Source: Candidatus Saccharimonadota bacterium
GTDB taxonomy: Bacteria > Patescibacteriota > Gracilibacteria > BD1-5 > UBA6164
Length of the DNA: 32,000 nt
Reading direction: 5' to 3'
NCBI GenBank assembly: GCA_963677765.1
Contig: OY782392.1
Span: forward strand, 570,001 to 602,000
A program made the translations under genes and the position numbers. Below, in pieces: positions 21,857 through 29,910 of the stretch (within the stretch, counting starts at the first letter, position 1; each line of letters starts with the position of its first letter). The notes under the pieces were generated by a model. The model worked only from the letters and a program-made list of their open reading frames with translations, was not told the origin of the DNA and made no database searches.

Positions 21857-22918
21857 ATGAAAAATATTAAAACACTTTTAATTGTTATGTTTTTGTCTTT
21901 ATTTCTTAGTTCTTGTTTAGGTACTCAAAATGAAGATATAAATAAAGCAAAAGAAGAATTATTATGAGAAAATAATTCAAATATTAGTTTAGTTAATGAT
22001 GATTTTGAAGAAACTAGCTTTTCAGGTTCTTTTTTGGATAACAAAGAAAAATATGAAGCTGCGGAAAATACTGAAGTTATAAAAGAAAAATATAGTGTAG
22101 AGTATTTAACTGATGCAAGATTTATAAGTTTGGATTCTTTAGAGTGAAAAGACTTACTTTCTTTAAAGGTTGAATTTACTTGAAAAACTTTGGTTGATAA
22201 TGTGGATAAAATAATAGTTAATTATTCAAATAGTGAATCAGAGTTCCCAGATGATAGATATACATTACAAACTTTTAATCCGGGTGACTCTAATTTTAAA
22301 TATAGAGCATTTGATGATTTCAAAACATTAGATTATTGAGTAAATAAATATTTGATAGAAGCTTATGTTTGAAAAGAGGTTTCAAAATTAGAGGTTATAT
22401 TAAATGTATTTAAAAATGAAGAAGACTATATTGTAAAATCAGAGTCTGAATGAGATTCTACAATTTCTTCTATAGAAAAGCTAAGTATAGATTATTTACC
22501 AGAATCTTCAGAGTATTGAAATCCTAAAGAAATCGGAAATGGTATTTATACTTATTCAGATATCAAATGATTAGAAATTAAAAATATATGAAATATTTGA
22601 TTGGAGCTTGATTCAGACAGTGTTACTAATTTTTTAATTGAAAACAACACAGGATGGTTTTATTGGAATACACTTCGTCCTATATTGTGAGATAATTGAG
22701 TTTCTTTTTATGTTATAAGGTTAGATTGAGAAAATTATTTATATGAAAAACATTATTATTTAGAAAATTGAATTTATTGAGTTGTGTCTTTAGAAAAATG
22801 AACATGAGTTGATTATAAAAATTTAAATGATAAGAATAATGAGTTAGGAGAAAAAAATGATAATTTTACTATAACAAATATAACTGATAAACTTTTTATA
22901 ACTATTTTAAATAATTAA
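21857..22918 (+). CDS. Hypothetical lipoprotein (353 aa)
   Basis: The N-terminus MKNIKTLLIVMFLSLFLSSCLGTQNED has a signal peptide with the lipobox L-S-S-C. The frame is open to the TAA at 22916-22918 with TGA read as sense. Confidence 0.65.
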
Positions 22919-22933
22919 TTTTTAACGAAAATA

Positions 22934-23632
22934 ATGAGAGTACTATTAAAAATATCTTGAGAAGCTTTAGCTTGATGAAATTCTGGTTGATTAGATTATG
23001 TTATGCTAGATGAGGTTTGTGAAACTGTTAAATGATTAATCGATAAAAAAATTGAAGTTTGAATAGTTGTTTGAGCTTGAAATTTTATCAGAGGGGCAGA
23101 AATAGAAAAAATAAATATAGACAGATGTAATGCTGATAATATGGGTATGTTGGCTATAAATATTAATACTATAGCATTAGCTGACGTATTATCTAGAAAA
23201 TGAATTCAAGTAAAGACGGTTAATTCTTTTGCTATTGACTGAGTAGCTGAAAGATTTAATAAGCCAAAAGCATTAAAAGGTTTATCTAAGTGAAAAGTAG
23301 TTATATTTTGAGGATGAACTTGAAATCCATATTTTACTACTGATACTGCATGAGTTCTTAGAGCTCTCGAAATTGAAGCTGATATGATGATAAAAGCAAC
23401 AAAGGTAGATGGAGTTTATACTAAAGACCCTATAAAATATAACGATGCTGAATTTATAAAAAATGCTACTTATGATGAAATAATTACTAAAAATCTAAGA
23501 GTTATGGATTCAACAGCTATAGCTTTAGCAAAAGATAATAATTTAATATTAAAAGTGGTAAGTTTATACGATGAATGAGCTATATTAAAAGCAATTCTTT
23601 GAAAAGATGAAGGTACTACTATTAGTTCTTAA
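22934..23632 (+). CDS. pyrH: UMP kinase (232 aa)
   Basis: The translation contains MRVLLKISGEALAGGNSGGLDY...IEVGIVVGAGNFIRGAE...ADNMGMLAININ...[40 protein letters not shown]. The conserved Gly residues are TGA-encoded. The standard-code ORF 23384..23578 is an in-frame fragment. Confidence 0.92.
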
Positions 23633-23639
23633 AAAAGTT

Positions 23640-23667
23640 TTGACAATTTGTTAAAATTTAATATTAT
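23640..23667 (+). promoter_or_regulatory. Sigma-70-like promoter candidate upstream of rpmH-rnpA-yidC
   Basis: TTGACA (23640-23645), a 16-nt spacer and TATTAT (23662-23667) lie ~85 nt upstream of the rpmH ATG. Such motifs arise by chance in AT-rich DNA. Confidence 0.4.
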
Positions 23668-23752
23668 CTAGTTCAATTTTTAAAAGATTATATACACCCT
23701 TTTAGAAATTTATAAAAATAAATTTATTTATTAGTATATAAAAATAATCAAA

Positions 23753-23995
23753 ATGTTAGGAAAATTAAAAAAAAGAAAAAGACTTAGAGTCCACGGATTT
23801 TTAAAAAGAAGTTCAACAGACTCAGGTAGAAATGTTTTAAAAAACAGAAGAAGAAAAGGAAGACACCAATTAGCAGTTTCTTATCCAAAAAGATTTCAAG
23901 AAATTAATGGTAAAGCTAAAATGCATATAGTTGCTTGAGGTACTGCAAGAAAATCATCTTTTGATGGTAAAGGAAACTATGTAAAAAGAAAATAA
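23753..23995 (+). CDS. rpmH: Ribosomal protein L34 with an unusual C-terminal extension (80 aa under code 25)
   Basis: The sequence [42 protein letters not shown] matches the whole canonical L34. The frame then continues [20 protein letters not shown](TGA 23936-23938)[18 protein letters not shown] to the TAA at 23993-23995. Confidence 0.85.
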
Positions 23996-24020
23996 TTTTA
24001 GTTTTTAAGTATTTTTTCAG

Positions 24021-24362
24021 GTGATATCTAAAAAATTTAGATTAACTGAAAGGCAAACAAAAAAGGTTTTACAAAAGTGAAAACCTTTTTTTTCTTATTG
24101 AATAGTTTTAAACCATATTAGAAATAATCTAGGTTATAATAGATTTTCAATAGTTATTTGAGCCAAATCAGTTAATAATAATGTGTGAAGAAATTTCTTT
24201 AGAAGAAGGTTTTTTAACTTTGTTCAAACAAATAATGTTTTTGTTTGATGAAGTGATTATGTTTTTGTTATAAAAAAACAAACAAAACTTGATAAAAATG
24301 ATAAGAAAAGTATATTCTCTTTTGATAAAGATTTAGATTTTTTATTAAATAAAGTAAAATAA
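24021..24362 (+). CDS. rnpA: RNase P protein component (113 aa), GTG start
   Basis: GTG at 24021 is the first plausible start after the in-frame TAA at 24006-24008. The translation is (M)ISKKFRLTERQTKKVLQKGKPFFSYGIVLNHIRNNLGYNRFSIVIGAKSVNNNVGRNFFRRRFFNFV..., with an RNR-type basic motif. The gene sits in the conserved position between rpmH and yidC, and its TAA overlaps the yidC ATG. Confidence 0.7.
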
Positions 24363-25528
24363 TGAAAAAAATATTAGATATTTTATTGATAGCAGTTTTA
24401 ACGATTTTATTGTTTAATCTGTTAGCATGAGATAATGAAAAAAAATTAAATGATACATTAAATATTTCATTTGTTGAAAACAGTTATACTATACCTGCAT
24501 CTGTATGAGTAAATATTAATAATCAAACATCAACTGGAGTAATATTAAATACTTGTAATGATATTAATTTACTATATTCATGAAACAAATTAACTTTTGA
24601 TGAATCTTTTTGTAAAGATATAGAAGTAAAATCATGAGAAAATTATTTGCTTGATTATAAAGATTATTATTCTAAATTTGAAAATGTATGAGAATATACT
24701 TTAAATGCTAAAGTTTGAGAAAAAGAGTATTTTGATCAATTTGAATTAGATAATAAATGAACTATAAAAAAAATATTTATTTATCTTTTCTATGCTCCAA
24801 TTTATAATTTAGTTATATTTTTAATAGAATTATTTAATTGAGTATTTGGTTGGGCTATAGTTTGAGTTACAGTTATATTGAGAATCTTGTTACTTTGGCC
24901 TCAACATAAAATGATGTTAAGTCAAAGAAAGTTACAATCAATTCAACCTAAAATTAAAAAAATTCAAGAAGAATTTAAGTGAAATCAACAAATGATAGGT
25001 ATGAAAATGATGGAATTATATAAAAAAGAAAATGTAAATCCAGTATGATCATGTGGTTTTTTACTTATTCAAATGCCTATATTATTGGTAATATATTATA
25101 TAATTATATGAATACAAAACCCATCTAATATATATTATTTATACGGTTTTCATGATTTATTTACTTTATCTGAAATAAACTTTAGTTTTTATTGATTAAA
25201 TTTATTACAAAATTGATGAATTCAAGGTTTAATTTTAGCTTTAATTGTTGCATTAATACAATTTATACAAATAAAATTATCTCTTATTAATAAATCAAAT
25301 GATGATAAAAAATCATGAGTAGTTTTAGAAAAAAAATCATGAGATGATAAATATAGTAGTATGATGCCTGATCCTGATATGATAAATAAATTTATGTTAT
25401 ATTGAATGCCTGTAATGGTTTGAATATTTACATATAGCTTATTTGCTGCAGTTTGAATATATTGGTGAATTTCTACATTGTTTATGTTATTTCAACAATT
25501 AATTGTTAATAAAATAATTAAAAAGTAA
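24362..25528 (+). CDS. yidC: Membrane protein insertase YidC/Oxa1 family (388 aa)
   Basis: The translation is MKKILDILLIAVLTILLFNLLA...GWAIVGVTVILRILLLWPQHKMMLSQRKLQSIQPKIKKIQEEFKGNQQMIGMKMMELYKKENVNPVGSCGFLLIQMPILLVIYY.... The TAA is at 25526-25528. Confidence 0.85.
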
Positions 25529-25534
25529 AGTTGA

Positions 25535-25570
25535 CTAATAACAATATCTTTGCACTTATTAGAGTTTTTT
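25535..25570 (+). terminator. Weak hairpin plus T-run after yidC (possible terminator)
   Basis: A 7-bp stem ctaataa / ttattag has a 14-nt loop and is followed by agtttttt. Confidence 0.3.
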
Positions 25571-25605
25571 ATATTATATATACATTATATGTTAATTTTT
25601 TAATT

Positions 25606-26283
25606 ATGTTTAAAAAGTCTTTGGCATTATTTATGGTATTATGATTAACTTCAACTAATCTTTTATATTCTTATGATCAAGAAGTTGAATGTTCTTCAGA
25701 TTCAGTTTTCTCTGAATATTCATGTACTCAATGTTTTGATGGTTGAGAAAAATCAGAATGAGCGTATATAAGCTTATTAAGTGATGATTGGGAAAATATT
25801 TCTGGTGTTTCAAAAGTTTTATATACTGAACAACAAAAAATGCCAATAATGCATAACTTAAGTAGTAATGCTTCTTGGTCTCAAACTCCTTCTTCGGAAG
25901 ATTTTTGGAGTTATACTGAAGATTTTGAAAACCTATATTCAGAAGAACAATTATGATATGTTTTACAACCAGGTCAAAGTGTAAAATGGTTAGAATCTAA
26001 TTTATCTTATGCTTATTCTTTGGATACTAATACAGCTTCAAAATGAGAAAATATCTGACTATTAGTTTATTCTATATTAAGTCATAATATATTAGATTCA
26101 GGAGAAGTTTCTATGAATAGTGAGGCTCATAATGAATGTGTTTTGTATAAATCATGAGATGAAAATGATGTTACTCCAACTGTACCACAAACTTTACCTC
26201 AAACAGGTCCTGCTGAATTTTTATTATTATTAATATTAGCAATGATATTAGGTTTTTGAATAATAAGATTTAGAAATAGTTAA
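25606..26283 (+). CDS. LPXTG-type (LPQTG) sortase-anchored surface protein (225 aa)
   Basis: The signal peptide is MFKKSLALFMVLGLTSTNLLYS. The C-terminus is TLPQTGPAEFLLLLILAMILGFGIIRFRNS, that is LPQTG (26194-26208), a hydrophobic helix and a basic tail. The TAA is at 26281-26283. Confidence 0.75.
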
Positions 26284-26311
26284 AAAATAGAGTTTTAAAA
26301 CTCTATTTTTT
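26282..26311 (+). terminator. Rho-independent terminator after the LPQTG gene
   Basis: The palindrome aaaaaatagag-ttttaaaa-ctctatttttt is followed by a T-run. Confidence 0.75.
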
Positions 26312-26427
26312 TTGTTTATATTGTTTTTATTAATATATATAAAACTTAATTGTCAAGTTGCTTTTTTGTAAATCCATTTATAAATATGATATTATTAATT
26401 TGTATTTAAATTTTAATAAAAATAATT

Positions 26428-29400
26428 ATGTTTAACTCATTGACACAAATTATATCATTTTATAAATTAATGATAAAATCACAAGTTATGTGAGAATCTA
26501 CTTGATGAGCATGAAGTGAAATAAATAGTCAACTTACAGAAAAAAATAAAGAACAGTACTTAAATGATAATAAAGATTTAATTATCTCTTATTTAGAATG
26601 ACTAGATTCAGATGATGATAATCTTTTGGAGTTTTCTGATTTTTCAGATAATGATAATGATTTATTATCAATTGGTAGAATTATTAGAGCGTTATGAATG
26701 GATACTATAAAATTGCAAGATGGTATTAATATATCTGAAGTAGTTTCTAAAATAAAAAATTTTACATTAGAAGTAAAAGAAGTAACTGATAAATCTACAA
26801 GTCAAAGAGTTGAACTATCTAATGAAGTTGAATCAAATTTATCTTTAGATAATAGATTTTCAAGTTTATCTGAGTTAGATTTATTTAATATAAGAATGGC
26901 TTTCGATAGACCAGTAGATAAGACTTCTTATGATTTTGATAGAAAAGGTGTACAAAGAGCACTTAATAATATGGGATATGATATATCTTATACAAATAGA
27001 AAAGGAGAATTAGTAACTTGAGAAAATGCTATTGATTGAGATTTAGGTTCTGCATATACTAGAGCATTAAAACAATTACAATCTGATCTTTGAATAGCTC
27101 AAACTTGAGTATTAGATCAAACTACAGTTGATTCTTTTCAATCTAGAATCCAACCTCTAATATATAGAGCTGAGCAAAATAATGAATCTTCTAGTGAATC
27201 AAATACAGAAGTATCTCAAAAAGATCAAAGAGATAGAACTATAGAAGAAAATGACTCTAGTTTAAAAATTACATTTTGAGTTGGTAAAACAGATTTTGAA
27301 TGATTAAAAGAAAATATTAATACTCAATCATTTGAATCATTAGCTAAAAGATTATCTTTTGAAGAATTATCAAACTTATACAATAGTCTTATTTCAATAT
27401 CTAGAAAAAATAATTTAAATGAAAGAACTTGAGAATTTAATTTTACTCCTTTCAATATTAGAGAACTTAGAGTTGAACTAGAAAAATATTGATATGAAGC
27501 TGATTGAGTTTTTTGATGAATTGAAATGTGATCACTTTTACAATTAGTAGAAAATATTTATCAAACACAAGAAAAGTTTAATAGTTGAGTAGATTTTAGA
27601 GATAGATTAGCTGTATTATTAGATTATAATGGTGATTGATTTGTTGATAATGAAGTTAGATTTTATACTAAAGAAAAACAATTTTTAGAAGCAATTCAAT
27701 GAGAATCTAATTTTGAAAACTTACTAAAAAATTTATGATATTCTTCAATTACTGAATTTAATAATTCTTTTAATAATAACTATTATTCTGCTAGAGCTGA
27801 ATTTAAAACTAGATTAGCTTCTGTATTATCAGTAGAAGAAGTTTTAAATCCAGGAGCTATGTTAAATAATCCTAGTGCATTAAGAGAATTTAGAGATTCT
27901 AGAGAAAATATATCTAATATTGAATCAGAAGTATCAGAAGTAATAGAAACTCATGAAAAAACAAAAAATTTAGATCCTTTATTAAAGTCTCAAATTAAAT
28001 TACAAGCTGTATGAGCTGTTGTATGATCAGCTACTTGATTATGAGCATCATTTGATGTAAAAGAAGCTACTAATAGCTTAATTGATTCTGCATGATTTGG
28101 TATATTTAATTGAGTTCCATGAATAGGTATTTGAAAAAATATATATAGAACAGAAAATGGTTGATTTAGAGTAGATGCTTGACTTGTAAATTTAATACCA
28201 GTTTTAGGTGCCTCATGAGATTTAACTCAGTGAGAAATTGATGAATTTAAATCATTATTTCCAAATGAATTTTCATGAGATTCTCAAATATCACTATGAG
28301 CAGGTATTTCAACTTTAGGTTGAACTGTTTGAGTTAATTTTAATAATCTAAATGAAAATACTAGATTATGAATAGAAAGAGCTAAAGGACAAATGTCAGA
28401 AGTGTTAGATAAGGTTTTTGAAGATATTCAAGATTGAAAATCATTTGATGAAAGTAATTTTTCTTCTAATGAAAACGATAGAATTGTTTATGAGAGATTA
28501 GCTTGAATGTTAGAAGCTAATTGATGACATACTTCATATTTAAAAGAATGAGCATTAAATAATTATGAAAGAGTTTTATATGAAAATGCAGATTGATTAA
28601 ATTTTAGTTCTTTATGATTTGGTCTTGCTTTTGTTGCAGGATATTTACCTATACCATTAATTTTTGCTTGATGAGAATATCATGATACAGAGTGGTCTAG
28701 TGTAGAAACTTATACTCCAATAGTTGAATCATGAAATTGATATGTTGAGTCATGAATTGAGTGAAATAATGAATTATTAAATAGTTTATCTTCATTTGAA
28801 AATGCTTTTTCTTGGAAAACTCGTTATAATAAAGGATCAGTTGATTTTTTAACAACAACAAATTCTCTTGAAAAAAGATGGGAAGGTTTAAATAGATTAT
28901 CTACTTGAGTTAGAGCTTTAAGAGAATCTAAATTACAAGATTTTTTAGCTTGAATTGATAATAATAATGATAAATGGGTTGTTATTTCAACATTATCTCA
29001 ATATATGAAAAAGGCTAATGATTTTGATAATTGAAATTTATTTTCTTGGAATGAAAAAACATCAGAATTTATAAAAACTGATAGAGAAAGAAGATCATGA
29101 TTTAATGATATGTTTTGATTTAATTTGGATTCTGAAGCAGAAGCTTTATATTCAAAATTGGAATCTAGTACTAACATATGAAAAACTCAACTTATGGGCT
29201 TATGATTTGATGCTACTGCAAGTAAAAATGTTGAAGGAACTACTGTAAAATGAATTGATACACTTTATACTAATTTAAGTATAATGACTGTAGATTGAGA
29301 ACCTTTATTAATCTCTATTACAGATTCTTCAAAAATTGAATCATTTAAACAAACTTTAAATACTTTATCTATAAGTGATGAATTAAAACAAAGTATTATT

Positions 29401-29691
29401 TCATGATTAGAGAACTGAGATATTGAATTAAAATATTATAAAGATCCTGAAGGATTTGATGATAGAATATTATTAACTCAAAAATGAAATTCAGGAACTC
29501 CTCAAATTGATGTTTATCAACCAAACTTTAATACAGTTAATGTATGAATAGGTTTCGCATGAGATAAAAGAGAAAGTGATTGAGGTTCTAATTGATGAGT
29601 AACTTCTACTCCATGAGTTGAATGAGAAGAAGGTCCTGGTACAGGTTGAGGAAATGGTAATCCTTGAAACCAATCAGGATGAAGATGATAA
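26428..29691 (+). CDS. Large hypothetical protein (1,087 aa) with a peptidoglycan-binding (PG_binding_1-like) domain and Gly-rich hydrophobic segments
   Basis: ATG 26428 is the first start after the in-frame TAA at 26407-26409, and the frame is open to the TAA at 29689-29691. Nucleotides 26941-27140 translate to RKGVQRALNNMGYDISYTNRKGELVTGENAIDGDLGSAYTRALKQLQSDLGIAQTGVLDQTTVDSF, which fits the G..V..LQ..L..GY...DG.FG..T..A...FQ...GL..TG pattern. The central segments are LQAVGAVVGSATGLGASF, ISLGAGISTLGGTVGVNF and LGFGLAFVAGYLPIPLIFAGG. The tail is ...GPGTGGGNGNPGNQSGGRG. The standard-code ORF 26698..27021 is an in-frame fragment. Confidence 0.7.
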
Positions 29692-29710
29692 TATATATTA
29701 ATAAAAAAAT

Positions 29711-29902
29711 ATGAAAATTCTAAAAACTTGACTTTTTGTTATTTTATCTATAATTTATTTAACTTGATGTTCAAATACAAATGTAGATGATAATCATAAT
29801 GATGATAATTTATCAAAATATATTGAATTAGAATCCTTTCAAGATTGAGGTGGTAATTGAAACCCTTCTAAGCAAACTTGAGAAAGAATAAATAATAATT
29901 AA
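29711..29902 (+). CDS. Small lipoprotein (63 aa)
   Basis: The translation is MKILKTGLFVILSIIYLTGCSNTNVDDNHNDDNLSKYIELESFQDGGGNGNPSKQTGERINNN. The lipobox L-T-G-C lies at 29759-29770, with its Gly encoded by TGA at 29765-29767. The gene starts 19 nt after the previous stop. Confidence 0.6.
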
Positions 29903-29910
29903 TTTTCTTT

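Noticed and set aside
23600-24020. A replication origin next to rpmH, given the classical dnaA-rpmH neighbourhood
   Set aside because: There is no dnaA gene in the window and pyrH lies upstream on the same strand. I saw only an isolated ttatcca-like string inside rpmH (near 23881), not a cluster of DnaA boxes or an AT-rich unwinding element distinct from background.
25655-25846. Minus-strand standard-code ORFs at 25655..25846 and 29491..29673
   Set aside because: They are antisense to the LPQTG protein gene and to the 1,087-aa gene respectively. The translations are low-complexity and each is incompatible with the well-supported plus-strand gene.
26366-26395. TTGTAA-18 nt-TATTAT as a promoter for the 1,087-aa gene
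   Set aside because: The spacing and the -35 element are suboptimal, and such hexamers are frequent in this AT-rich DNA. This is not strong enough to list as a feature, although a promoter somewhere in 26312-26427 is likely because a terminator precedes it.
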